Made by a program: the position numbers and the translations under genes. Below the pieces are notes generated by a model. That model was not told the origin of the DNA and searched no databases. It saw only the letters and a list, made by a program, of their open reading frames with translations. A DNA stretch of 64,000 nucleotides, from NCBI GenBank assembly GCA_001600815.1, contig BCKZ01000005.1, forward strand, positions 1,036,875-1,100,874, in the 5' to 3' direction. The DNA is from Alloascoidea hylecoeti. Lineage: Eukaryota. This document shows, in pieces, positions 50,241 through 63,117 of the stretch; position 1 is the first letter of the stretch; each line of letters starts with the position of its first letter.

Positions 50241-53200
50241 TGGAGTTATTCTCTTTTCTGCCTTTGTAGCTTGTCGGGTGAAAAGTTATTTTGTCGGATG
50301 TTGTGATGGTAATTACCACCACCTCAGTAAAACTGGTACTGATGCTGGCATATAACACAAATCAGATTTAAATTTAAAGGAATTAATTTATATAATCGAA
50401 TATTAATTATTGTTATAGTTTATATCTAATTGGTTAAGTGTGGAATATTCCAAACCTGAGACCTCTTTTTTTATTAACTCTCTTTTTACCTTTTTACTTT
50501 GGGCTTTTCGGAAATATACGTTGTAACTGACGACCAATATTGCTCCATTTCGGACTCTCCTATTGTACATAAACATAATAGTACGGTATTTCCAGATGTC
50601 GAATAGTGAGATCTACTTTCAAGATAACGTTGGTGCAGATCTTTTATATGTAAAAAGATTTTGTAACTTTTCAACTATAGACATTTCATATAATTAAGGT
50701 CTATCTTATTAATACAATATTAATTTGGCAACGCAACAGCAATCAGTAAATTAACTCAAACTTCTTCTTTCTAACAGATTCCAATAATACTTGTATAATA
50801 TATATTGGTCGTATTATTTGATTGTAATCGATGAGTCAGTATAATTATATACTACGCCAGTTGCAGTTAATTAAGCTTATAAACTTTTATTCATCTGCAG
50901 TAGTTTTTCACGATCTGTATTTCGGAACAATATTAAATATTACTGTTACCATGCATAGTTCTTTCTATTTAATTATGAAATTTATAGTAAATTCTTACCT
51001 TTAATCATATACACTTGAGGAAAGATTTCAAAGTAGTACTTTTTGGATTATTACACTGGCTTCAAAAAAAAAATCTCAATAGCATAATATGCATATGTAT
51101 GCAAGTATTGTAGCTTAACCTTATAAAGTGAGTAACCTTATATTAATCTTGGGAATTTCAGGAAGCCACAATTGATTTATCAGCGCTATAGACTTCGAAT
51201 ATATATCATATATTTTTGCAATTGGATAATATTAATATTAATCTTAACCATTATCAATGTTGCTTATGATTAGAAGAATTCGTTGCAATTGCACTCTTTT
51301 TTGTAAAAAGATTTCTAATTATTGTGATCATTTGGGGGTCTAAATATAATTGCTGTCAGTTTGGCTGTACATGAAATTATAAATGCAAAAACGTAGAAAC
51401 GCATATAAAACTTACTTAACTTAGCCACGGCCTCAACTTTTTATCATATACATCAAATCTGGACCCTTCATAATATTAATAAGTAGCAAAGCTTCAATTC
51501 ATACACTGTAAACAAGGGGTTTTTGCTTTTCAAACAAATACTTAGATAATATATTCCAGCAGGATCTGTTGGGCCTTCGAGTTATAATCAATATAGGTAA
51601 TTAGAGACTCACACCGAAATTACACATCTAATACTATTTATTTGTATTTGGGGACACTTGCTTAAACTTATTAACGCTCAACTTATAATTATAACTCTAC
51701 TATGCCATTTTTGCTTGTTTCTAGAAGCTTTTCCAAGGAACTATCATATATGTTACAATTTCAATTGAATATTATCCAATTATGAATAATTAGTTTACGT
51801 CTGGACTAATCATTATAACTGACTGAAAAATATAATTAATCAGCTCAAGGCTTTTAAAACGACATAAAACGTTTAAATTTAAGCTAATAATATCGGATTC
51901 TCTGCTTTCCAATAATATTTCAATGCTGCTTTTTATAATATAACATTACTCTTTTTTCGTTAACCCCAATTTTCAATTGGTCAGCATTAGAAGTTGGTTT
52001 AATTATAACTGAATGAAATTATACTCTCTCTTGGTAATGAAAGTAAGGCTTTACTTATATCTTTGTAAAAGTTTTCTAGTTGGATATTTAAGATAGTGGA
52101 GGAATTAGAAAACCCACCGAATTTTTCATTAACCTTTCTGCAGATTTTATTTTATCACAAATCTTCAGAAAGAGTATTTGAAGGAATTTGAACAAAATTG
52201 CAGACTTATATAATTATGACCCTCAACAAAAATTTTAAGTATAATTTCAATCTAGTTAAACGAGATGTAAATATTGATAAAAGTATACGTAGAATTGATT
52301 GCAAAAACGGGGCAAAGGAAAAAAGAATTCGGACTTCAAATTTAAAAAAGGCAATCACGATGTCTAATTTTAAAGAGTTGGGAAGATTGATGAAGGAAAC
52401 TAGAAATTGTTGGAAGGCTAAACTGCAATATTAATTGATGTTGATATACTACAGTATATTGAAACTATGTTAACATAGAACTAAAAACTAGGGGTTATTT
52501 ATTTATTTATGTATTAAGGTGATAATCACCTCTATTGTAGTGTGTACTACTGTGTAGTACACTATACTCACACAACAAGCTTGAGTAATATTGTGTTGTA
52601 TTCGAATTTTTCTCGCAATTGTCATCTATGACTACTAGTAATAAAATAATTATGCAATTTACAATTTAACGAGTTGATTTTTGTCAAGCTAGATGATTTA
52701 ATCTTGCTAATTTGTAAAAAGGTCACAGTCATTTCATTTCACTTAATTTCGGTCACTTGATACACTTATATTCGGCTAGTTGATGAACTAGATGTTCAGC
52801 CACTTCTGGAAGTAAGAAGCCGACTACTTGGTACACTATTATTCGGCCTTTTGATGCAATAATGTGTTTGTCCATGCTAATATAAATAAAAAAATTTCAG
52901 CGACCACCTTAGATTTTGGGCTCATTTGTGATTTTAATGTTACTACCTATAGCATCCTTTCTCCGTAAATAATATTTATCTTATTTTGTATTAAACCTCT
53001 ACTAATAACGAAAATGTTGTACATTTAAGGTCCTTATACTTGACTAAGTTGAAAAAATGGAAATATTTTGTTCATCAAATGGTCAAATATTAGTACAACA
53101 TGTTGCCGAATGTTTGTGCTCGAATATTTCTATAATGTTGAGTAAAATCAACGTAGGAATATTCCAAAAAAAAAGGACATCTAATAATAATATTAGATTT

Positions 53201-53398
53201 CCAAAAAATATTTAAACTAACCTAGAAATGACTGGTCAAGATAATGTTGTTCAGAAACTTCTTCATAAAATAAATACTAATGGGGATCGAACCTGCGACC
53301 TGCCCATGGATTGCGTTTTCATTGAACAGGGTATATTACCCGGCCTGATGCTTATAATAGTTGAATCCTTAATCGCAATTGACTGATAAAATATAAAG

Positions 53399-55054
53399 AT
53401 GGATGCTCAAAATAGTCTTAAATCATTTGAGCTTGAGAATAACATTATAGATGTTAATTCAAATGAAGAACTATATGATGAATTATATAATTATGATGAG
53501 GAAGAACAGAAGGCTTTAAGACAAGAAGAGGGATGGAAACAGGAGTAAGTTTAATTTATAGGGGGGCTTTAGGTTGGAGTGGGACTCAAAAACAAATATG
53601 AAAGAATTATACTAAGATGTAGTCCTCATTATTTTAAAACGACTAAAATTTCATCTTTGGCATTAATGAAAATGGTAAGTAGTTGTAATTGATTCTTTTT
53701 TGTGAGTATAGCGAACTGACAATAGAAGGCAATTCATGCTCGATCAGGTGGATCCATTGAAATAATGGGTATGATGACAGGAAAAGTCATTGGTAATTCA
53801 ATAATAGTACTCGACTCTTATCCATTACCAGTCGAAGGTACTGAAACTCGAGTTAATGCGTTAGGAGAAGGATATGAATTCATGGTACAATATTTAGAAT
53901 CATCAAAATTAGTTAATAGGAAAGAAAATATAGTTGGTTGGTATCATTCACACCCTGGTTATGGGTGTTGGTTATCAGGAATTGATGTTGATACACAGCA
54001 ATTAAATCAACGGTTTCAGGATCCTTTTATTGCTGTTGTGATTGATCCTGAAAGAACAATATCTGCTGGTAAGATTGAAATTGGAGCATTTAGAACCTAT
54101 TTGAATGACAACGGTAACGATAATAATGTTAATAATATTAATTTTAATAAGCAAAGAAAACAAACGATTCCATTAGGTAAATCAAAAGACTATGGATCAC
54201 ATGCTTCAAGATATTATCCATTAGAAATTGTAAATTTTAAGTCAACTTTTGATTTAAAATTATTAACTGATTTATGGTCAAAATATTGGATTTCAGCATT
54301 ATCAACAACTGGTATACCATCAGAAACAAATGAATTATATACTGGACAACGAATAAATGATTTAACAGAAAAATTATCTCAATATACAAATAGTAAAAAA
54401 GGATTAAATAAATCAATTGGAGATTTTAATAAATATCATAAAAAATCAACAATTATGAATATGTCATATGGATCAGGATTAGGAGGATTAGGATTAGGAA
54501 CTAAAAAGTCAGATAATCAAATGACTAATTCAGATATTGATCATGATCATGATCATGATTTAACTTTAAATTCAGATTTAAATAATTATCCCACAAAGAT
54601 AACATTACCAGGTTTAAAAGTATCACGAAATAAACGTATACCAAAACAAAAAATGAGTAGAAATCAAAATAAAAAATTTCATTTATCAATGTTATTTAAT
54701 AAGGAAGAATCATGGGAATCACAATCACAATCACAATCACAGAATGAAATATTTAATAGTAATGGTCAAGATGAATATTATCCAAATAATGAAATGAATG
54801 ATAGATCATCAAAATTAAAGATGAGTTCATTATTAGGTTTATCACCAGAAAATCAATTTGGTGATTCAAAGTTAAATAAAGGTTCTAGTAATGAGACTAA
54901 ATTAACACCAAAGAGTGAATTAACTGATCTTTTAAACGCTGTCGAGGAAAGTGATTTAGGTGAACTTATTCGAGATGGTAATACTATAGGATCGGAAGAG
55001 ATTCATGGATTAATTAATTGGAAGTTTAGGGAGATGCTATTTGTTTCAGATTAA
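53399..55054 (+). CDS. RRI1: COP9 signalosome subunit 5 (JAMM deneddylase), 3 exons
   Basis: ATG 53399; introns 53545-53622 and 53675-53728 restore WKQDPHYF...[30 protein letters not shown] and [17 protein letters not shown] motifs. Confidence 0.93.
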
Positions 55055-55064
55055 ATATGTATAA

Positions 55065-56416
55065 TTACGTACTATTGTCATTTAATTTCCATAGTTTAAC
55101 AGAGCATTCCATTTCTTTATCATTAGTTTGATAATTATCATCGTCATCGCTATCGCTATCATTATCAAGATTCATAAATCTTGTACCAGAACAAGAAGCA
55201 ATAATATCAGACATTTCAGGATTAACACTAACACAAGAAACTGGACTATCATGACTTTTTTCTAAAACTTTATCAGCAATCGAATCCATACCTAATTCTG
55301 AATTACTCCAAATCTGAATATTACCATTTATATCACCCCATATTAAACCATTTGAATCAGATAAAATATCAGCTTTCATTCTTTGATTTGTTAAACCAAA
55401 TTTTGAGTTATTGATTGTAGTTGTAGTAGGTAATGATAATTTACCACACTGTTGTAGGTTCATTCGTATATCTAATATCATTATTTCATTTGATTTTCTT
55501 GTAATGACATATAGATATCTTCCATTCTTTGAAACCAAAGTTTGAGTGATTCCATTCCCAACTCCAATTGTAGAGTTTAAATCTATTAACGGAGATACAA
55601 AAGAATCATCATAATTTGAATTTAAATCAATTGAAATCAATTGATTATTATAATTTCCAATAAATAATAAATTTGAATCAAATGAATAATTAGTAGTACT
55701 TGATATAATTCCTTTAAAATTGCCAGTACTATAATTAGTTTTATTAGTTTTTAAATTATAAAAAGCTTTTTCACCATTATGATTAATATCGAAAATTGAA
55801 ACTAGATTTTTCGAACCAGTTATAAAATTAATTGGATTTTTAAATATCATTGAATTTGCACAATTATATATTTCGTTATTATCTTGATTTAATAATGGGA
55901 AAGAAGATAATAAATCACCAGTTAATAAATTGTATAAATGAATTGGAGAATCACGAATTGAGACCAGGGAAATGCATGAATTAAAGTCTTGTAAACTAAA
56001 TTGGTTATGTATGGCATGGGATATAATTGAAGAAGGTTGAAATAAACGAGAATATGTTGTTAATTGAAGAGGAGATGTTGATTTTGAAGATAGAAGATCT
56101 TGAGGGCTACAACAAAATATTAATACTAGAATAATAAATACATCGTATATTCAACCACATACGGTATGAATAATCTGATACAGTTGTCTTCACTGCAGGT
56201 CACCAAAGAGGAACCATCAGAAGTCCATTGAACACTTCTGAATATATTATTATTACCATGTTCGGTTCCTGCATGCATAGGAGCAGCCAGGGGCGGGTAA
56301 CTGTACTCGGCATTCTCAGCCGTCGACGTCAAATTTTGGTGTAAAAGCAGTTCATTTGTCCAGCTTTGGTGGATTCCCTGGCTGAAAACTTTGTGGGTTG
56401 AAGCCAAAACAGTCAT
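55065..56416 (-). CDS. SWT21: WD40 protein, WDR79/TCAB1/Swt21 family, 2 exons
   Basis: ATG 56416; FRSVQWTSDGSSLVTCSEDNCIRLF; intron 56162-56107 (GTATGT...TAG); RDSPIHLYN, GNGITQ, TNQRM and IASCSGTR motifs. Confidence 0.75.
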
Positions 56417-56972
56417 TTCTTTTCTCTCGGACAAATATTTGATTCCAGTTGGAACAAATTTTATAGCGGAAATTTTTGTTTTAAGTTGCTTTAATTTATA
56501 ATTTTTACCTTGCAAATTCCTAATAGAGACCTTACCCGGACCGCGCGTCGGAGGAAAAAATATAAAAAAAATTAGCTTAAAATACAAAGAAATTCCCGTA
56601 TATTTTTTTTGGTACACATTTCATTTATTTTGGATATCTTATAATCTAAGATAAATTAATCAATTAATAGCTTGTTATATTTTTTTTGGCTCTACTACTT
56701 TAAAGTTTTAAGAAAATTAAATCTAACCTTTACGGCCTGTTGATAGTGTATTTTTTTCGTTTTTCGATTTTTTCGATTTTTTCTTTGAACTTGTAATTAA
56801 ACCTCAATTCTTTTTATTCCCTTCATTTCATTTCATTTTATTCTGCTACTAAACAGCATTTTATATCTGCTCTGATATAGTATTACAGAAATATCTATTC
56901 ATTTGGCTTCCAAAGCAACCCAGTTTAAATTTGTTTCACTTCCATCCAACTACAATAATACAAGAAACAAAA

Positions 56973-58955
56973 ATGAAAGTAGCATCAGAAAATAATGGTT
57001 ATGAAAACCAAAACAATATGATCCCCGAGAAAAGAAGCATCAGTCTTGTTGAAAGACTCAAGTCCTTACCAAGTATTCAGTTTGTACCTGCTAAAATACC
57101 TGATGCCGTCTCTCTTCGCCCGGCTTCTTATGTTAGTTTGAATACGCAATCCAAAAACACAGACACAAACGCAAACGCAAACGCAAACAAACACAACAAT
57201 AATAACAATAACAATAATTCTAAATTAAATACAAATCAAAATAATACAAACAGTTCATCTGATTTAGAGAGACCTCACAAAAAACAGAAGCAAAGACCAT
57301 CAAATTTGGCAGAGGCGTTATCAGCGTATAGCGCAGAAGCAAAAGGGCCATCGCCTATTGTGTCCAATGCCAGAAATTCAAATCAATCAAACACAACTCC
57401 GTTGTCTCCTTCCACTTCAAATGGTACCTCTGTTTCCGAGGATTCCGGTGATACATCCTCAACGGATTCGGAAGATGAAATAGCTTTAGTTGATTATGAT
57501 TTCTTTGATGCTAGGACAGGCACGACGGACGAAGATGATAATGATGATGTTATACCTAGAAAGAGAAATATTAGTAATGTTATAATCAGCTCAAATAATG
57601 CCAATAAGGAAAAACATTCAAATCCCTATATTACTACTCATTATGATAATGATCATGGTACTGCTAATGCTGATGCTGGTGTTGACGCCGATTCGGAATC
57701 TGATTATTCTGATAGTTCTGATAGCTCTGATGGTTCGGATACTAGTTCTGTTGATAGTTCTGATGCTAGTTCTCGAGAGACTAAAGCTTCAACTCCAGCA
57801 AGTAGTCAACCCTCACTAGATTCTCCAGATACTGGTCTAGCAACTCCACCTATAGAACCAGGATTATTCAATGAAATGATTAAACCAAAAGCTGATATAA
57901 AAGCAACTGAATTACAATCATTAGTTGAAGTTAATAAATCTTCAAGTAGAGTTGTCAAATCATGGAAACGTTATAAATCACTCAGACCTTTAGGTCTTAA
58001 TAACTATGGTGTTAACTGTTATATGAATAGTGTGATTCAAGCAATTGTTCATATACCTGCAATGACTCACTATTTAGATTCTGTTTATCGTGGTAACTAT
58101 GATGATATTATTAGTCCAAAAAGTGTTACGAAAGTAATGGCTGGCATATCAAATAGAATGTGGAATATTGATAATAAAATTCATAAAAGATATATAAGTC
58201 CCCAAAGATTATTAGAAAGGCTGGATGATATAAATTGTACGATGTCAATTTATGAGCAAGAAGATAGTCATGAGTTTTTTATATCCTTAATTTCAAGAAT
58301 TCAAGAAGATAGTGTACCAAGAGGTAAGAAACTGAATTCATCGATCATTTACGATATCTTTGCTGGTAGTTTAGATCAATCTGTTATATGTAAATCTTGT
58401 GGTCATGTTTCAAAAACAGAACAGGACTTTTATGATTTATCAATTGATATGAATCTATCAATAGAGAAATCATTAACTGAATATTTTAGACCTGAAATCT
58501 TAAAACCAGACACTGAACAGACTAAATCAAAGGATAATTATCAATGTGAAAAATGTCATAAAAGATCAAGTATTACTAAATTTTCTTTAATTAAAAAATT
58601 ACCTGAAACATTAATATTACATGTTAAAAGATTTAAATTTAATGGAAATGGAAATTCATCAAAATTAAAAGAAACAATTGATTTTCCAAATGATTTAAAT
58701 TTGAAAAAATTTACAATTTATTCATCAATTAATAATAATACAACAAATAACAATTTAAATGATTTATTCAATTATAAATTAAGTAGTGTTGTTGTTCATG
58801 AAGGTAGAACAACAAATTCTGGTCATTATATTTCTCATTGTAAACAACCTGATGGAACTTGGGCAACTTATGATGATGAATATTTTCAACCTATTAAAGA
58901 AAATAATGTTTTAACTGAGCCGTCTGCTTATTTGTTAATCTATTCAAGAATGTAA
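56973..58955 (+). CDS. UBP10: Ubiquitin-specific protease, Ubp10/USP36-like
   Basis: Disordered N/D/S-rich N-terminus; Cys box GLNNYGVNCYMNS, QEDSHEF and His box VVHEGRTTNSGHY. Confidence 0.88.
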   Translation: MKVASENNGYENQNNMIPEKRSISLVERLKSLPSIQFVPAKIPDAVSLRPASYVSLNTQSKNTDTNANANANKHNNNNNNNNSKLNTNQNNTNSSSDLERPHKKQKQRPSNLAEALSAYSAEAKGPSPIVSNARNSNQSNTTPLSPSTSNGTSVSEDSGDTSSTDSEDEIALVDYDFFDARTGTTDEDDNDDVIPRKRNISNVIISSNNANKEKHSNPYITTHYDNDHGTANADAGVDADSESDYSDSSDSSDGSDTSSVDSSDASSRETKASTPASSQPSLDSPDTGLATPPIEPGLFNEMIKPKADIKATELQSLVEVNKSSSRVVKSWKRYKSLRPLGLNNYGVNCYMNSVIQAIVHIPAMTHYLDSVYRGNYDDIISPKSVTKVMAGISNRMWNIDNKIHKRYISPQRLLERLDDINCTMSIYEQEDSHEFFISLISRIQEDSVPRGKKLNSSIIYDIFAGSLDQSVICKSCGHVSKTEQDFYDLSIDMNLSIEKSLTEYFRPEILKPDTEQTKSKDNYQCEKCHKRSSITKFSLIKKLPETLILHVKRFKFNGNGNSSKLKETIDFPNDLNLKKFTIYSSINNNTTNNNLNDLFNYKLSSVVVHEGRTTNSGHYISHCKQPDGTWATYDDEYFQPIKENNVLTEPSAYLLIYSRM

Positions 58956-60137
58956 TGACTTTAAAAATATTTGAAGATAAAAAAGTTTGGCATTGTTTGT
59001 TATTGTTTCGTTATTGTTATCATTGATGATTGTTATATTGTATACGTTGTAATATTAATACATATAGCTAGAATTAGACACTAAGAAGTTATATTAATTA
59101 ATTATAATCGTAAATAATCCGCAAGTACCGTAACTTCATGATGATGATATACCTCATAATTATTATGTGGTATATATAAAAATATTTATATTATACTGCT
59201 TCATGCTTTAGGAAAAGATGCAATTGACTCTCAACATATGGATGTTAACGTCCATAACATTTTGAAGTCTCACAATATCCGATTAATTTCGGCCATAGGA
59301 TGAATTAAATGGTCATCATATTTCGTTATTTACAAAATACAAAGTTAGCCATTACTGATATCAACGATGAGCAAAATTTTTAATATTTCCTACAACATCG
59401 AACATTTTTTCCCACAGTTATCTGGTGCATGAACCTCTGAATTCCCATTTTTTAATTGTTTTGCTATTATATAGTTTCAAATGAAGCTCGTTTTAAGGAC
59501 TTCAGTAAATTTGGGGTAGTAGTTACACGATTAGGTAAATTAAAGGATTTTTTATGACATTATGACAAGGAAAGTATCGGCCAGAGCCTTCGCTTCATGA
59601 AGATTCAATTACCTTTGATACCATACTTAACAGGTATTAACGTCAGTAAACATATATATCATGACAGTTCTATGTTGCTATAGAGCTCTCAAGCGGAGTA
59701 ACAATATCCCATTACCACCAATTGAACAGTTAATCTTTTTTAAATTTGTGGATACGTATTACAATATTCTTTTAAAGTAGAAGTATATTTTTAACTATAT
59801 TATGTTTAAATTAAGTATGAGAAAAGAATCTAAATTTCCTGAGGAAGCGAAGCAACAAGATCTGATTTTCTGTTCTACATTACTGACTTTAATTTTTACT
59901 TGATTGGGTTAAGTCTCAATCAGCACAATCCACCCAAATTTTTCTCACTTAAATTTATCATTAGTCCAACTTAGTGTTTAGTTCAAGCTCCAATTCATCA
60001 GCTGCCATTATATCTTTACTATTCATATTATCATTATTATCATTAGGTGGAAAGTTGTTGTTACTTCGAGTCCCTTCACTTCTTTCTAGGGTTAAAAATA
60101 ATTACCATGAAGTAGATAGTTTTTGTCGTTAGTTAAA

Positions 60138-61308
60138 TTATAAATATTTTGAATATTTCTTCCTTAAATTGGCAGTAAAATCATAAATAACAAGACCAGA
60201 TTGTGTACCACAAACATTATTCTTTTTGAATCGATATATACTGACAAAACATAATTCTATTTCTGTATATTCCTTTAATTTTTTTATTTAAATTCCGAAT
60301 CCTAATAGTAGCATCATCAACAACAGAAATGATTTTATTATCATTTATGCATATATAAGAAACATTATAATCTAGCAAAGTATTTATTAATTTATTTGAT
60401 TGTAAATCCCAAACTATTATTTTGTCATCTTCAGTAACTTTTAAAACTAAGTATTCCTCCTTTACTGCCATGCATACTAAATCAAATTTAAATTCTTTGA
60501 TCATTTGACCAGTTTCAATATTCCAGAGTCTTATCATGTAAAGCCTTTGAGCATATAAGGTACCATTATGGGTGCAAACATTAATGATGGGCTCTTCTAT
60601 TTTTAACCAGTGTTGTAAATTAAACCGTACTTTATCATGATGTTCAGTATTATCAAGACTTGATTTCCAAACTCCAATGTAACCATCTTCATCACAGCAT
60701 ACAATATAATCATTGTATATAACGACATCAGCTATGATAAAATGATCTATTGGATTAAAATCTGGTAGTTTCTAAATTATACAAGATCTATCTTCTGAAC
60801 TAGAAACTAAATATTTGTCATTAGCCATATAATCAACGCTATCTAAGTGAAATTTGATATCGTAACGCCTTGTTAATTCTAATAATCCACTGGTAATATT
60901 CTCAAATTCACAGGAATTGATTCACCTAAAACATTTAAACATTCAAGAGTTTTACTATCCAAAATGATTATTGTACCATTGCATAAAACAGTTACAATCC
61001 CGTTTTTAAAAATTTAGCACAAGATACTCCACTTAATTTATAGTGTGTAAAATTTTCCAATTCAGATCTAAAAGATATCGTTCTTTAAATAATTCATACC
61101 AAGAGCCAGTTTCTGAATCACGATTATAGTCCCAAGATTCTTGTTCTTGAAACTTTGATTTCCATATATCATCACCATCGGCTATTTGTTTCCATGAATT
61201 AGATATTCCTCTACAATTAAAAGTCTTTGGTGATGAGTTTCTAAAGATTAAATCATTCATTTCATCAGGGAAATAATCAACAAAATTGATTCTAGTCTCA
61301 AGATCCAT
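60138..61308 (-). pseudogene. Second, diverged F-box/WD40 pseudogene
   Basis: MDLETRINFVDYFPDEMNDLIF...CRGISNSWKQIADGDDIW F-box; WD repeats in shifting frames; TAG where copy A has TGG (II*KLPDF vs IIWQLPDF); C-terminus YDFTANLRKKYSKYL* is homologous to copy A. Confidence 0.85.
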
Positions 61309-61488
61309 TGTTGCATATAAGTCCTTATAGTGTACTTGATATATGAATCAAAATTGGTAAAAGAATTCTGATTTTGAATAGTTACGTGAAGTGTATTATA
61401 TATTAGGAACAAAAAAAATTAAAAAATCTACATTGCACTTTGGTACATCGTCCAAAGCTTATCCTTAAATTGGCTTAAATTACAGTAC

Positions 61489-61663
61489 TTTGCGTAAATA
61501 TCGACCACATTTTAACTTATATATTCGCCAACACCATGGATAAATATTCATCCGCTCGGTAACACGGGGCGTATAGTTAAATAGTGAACTACTCTATCGA
61601 CAGCAGGTCATGCAGTCACTGGCTCGGGTAATTATGGGCGAATATGGTTGATATTTACGCAAA
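61489..61663 (+). other. Compact inverted-repeat/structured element (candidate ncRNA or MITE-like)
   Basis: 19-bp terminal stem 61489-61507 / 61645-61663 (one G-U), 8-bp stem 61522-61529 / 61637-61644, several internal mini-hairpins, and T7 at 61672-61678. Confidence 0.5.
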
Positions 61664-62832
61664 TAAAGGCCTTTTTTTATTAAGGGCTTATTAGCCCTAT
61701 ACTAGTGCTAATACACATCCTCAGCTACGGTTCCTAATTATTTGGTTTGGATTAGTAAACAAAGTCTCATCTCTCTCTTTTCCTCTCGTTTGTTCACATT
61801 TTGATCACTATTGGTGATAGCTTTTCTTTAGATCCGTACAAGACACCTTCCCTATCCAGTTTTATACACTATCAGTGTGCAGCTATAATTTTATCTCAAG
61901 TCGAATGGGACAGCCAAAAAATACAAAACCTACAGGGCATATCGTTTATACAAATTTGATCAAGATCTTATTCAACCTCACCTCCCTAACTATAAACCCA
62001 TTTAAAAGTATTCAACAATCACCAAGTGAAATTTAATGATAAACGTATGTCTGAGGAGTAACCTGAACTCCAATTATGTCTATTTATGCTGTTCCTCTCC
62101 GTGAGGCCATGCATAAATGAATAGTTTCCGCAACAAGCTGATACAGTAATTGACCAACCCAATATGAGTGCGTAAAAGCTTGAAATGTCCTTAAAAGACC
62201 TAATAACAAACTCCTCAACCGGAAAAGTTCGCAACACCTTGCACTCAAGGGTAACCATTTATTTTTCTATATGTTATTCTATATCCCACTAGTACAATCT
62301 CCTATAATTGGTTAGTGGTTATACACCGGTATATATTGATAACACGATTAACAAACAGAGCTGGCTGCATTTGTACCCTGTTTCTTGTTACATAATAGTC
62401 TATACATGTATACGATTTTATAATAACCATGTAGGGTACATTTATATGTTACTTAAAACGGCTAAACTATGAACCCTATATTTTTAGATGTTTTATTTTT
62501 ATTCTTAGTGTTAGGGACTCAGAGTCTGTAAGACATTCTTATGCTAGCACTCTCAACTGACTTTACAGGTTATACAGGTAGTTGTATACCTCTAAATAAA
62601 TTTAATTACATTCTACTTTTTCATGTATATTCATGTTTACACATTTTCGATGCCAATTCCCAAGGCTATTGCCATAAGTTTAGCTAATTAGGGAAATCTA
62701 CAAAGTTTTCAACACTTCCAAGTAAATAAAAACAAGTTTAAATTAATATAAATTATAAATTATAGAATCAGATAGATACACCATATTGAATATTTTCAAA
62801 ATGACTTTTGAAATCCCATAAGTACTTCTTAC

Positions 62833-63117
62833 TTATAATCCTAAAACGGCAGCACCAATAAAAGCCACGACACCAGCAGCGGCAAAAGAACCAGAGTTGG
62901 CATTGGCATAAGCAGCACCATTTGATTCTGGGACGACAGGTGCAGTACCATTAGTTGGTACGGATGTTGATCTAGCTGGACAAGAAGTGACTTCTGGACC
63001 ACAAGATGTGATGGTGACTAATTCAGTAGAGGTGGAACCTTCAGTAGCGGTGGTATTGTAAGCTTGGGCAGAAACGAGACCAGCAGTGGCGATGATAGCG
63101 ACAGTAGAGAATTGCAT
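62833..63117 (-). CDS. Small GPI-anchored cell-wall mannoprotein (Ccw12-like)
   Basis: Signal peptide MQFSTVAIIATAGLVSA, T/S-rich body with TELVTITSC motif and NxT sites, ESNGA omega region and a hydrophobic tail. Confidence 0.85.
   Translation of the reverse strand: MQFSTVAIIATAGLVSAQAYNTTATEGSTSTELVTITSCGPEVTSCPARSTSVPTNGTAPVVPESNGAAYANANSGSFAAAGVVAFIGAAVLGL

Noticed and set aside
51800..52450. Possible decayed coding sequence (also 59220-59740)
   Set aside because: Short open stretches with no recognisable domain; cannot be supported without a search.
60772..60774. TAG at a conserved Trp as possible A-to-I editing or readthrough
   Set aside because: The same gene has several frameshifts, so ordinary pseudogenisation is the simpler explanation.
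61566..61640. tRNA-like start (GGGCGTATAGTTAAATAGTGAAC)
   Set aside because: Resembles a D-arm only; no T-arm, B box or acceptor stem.
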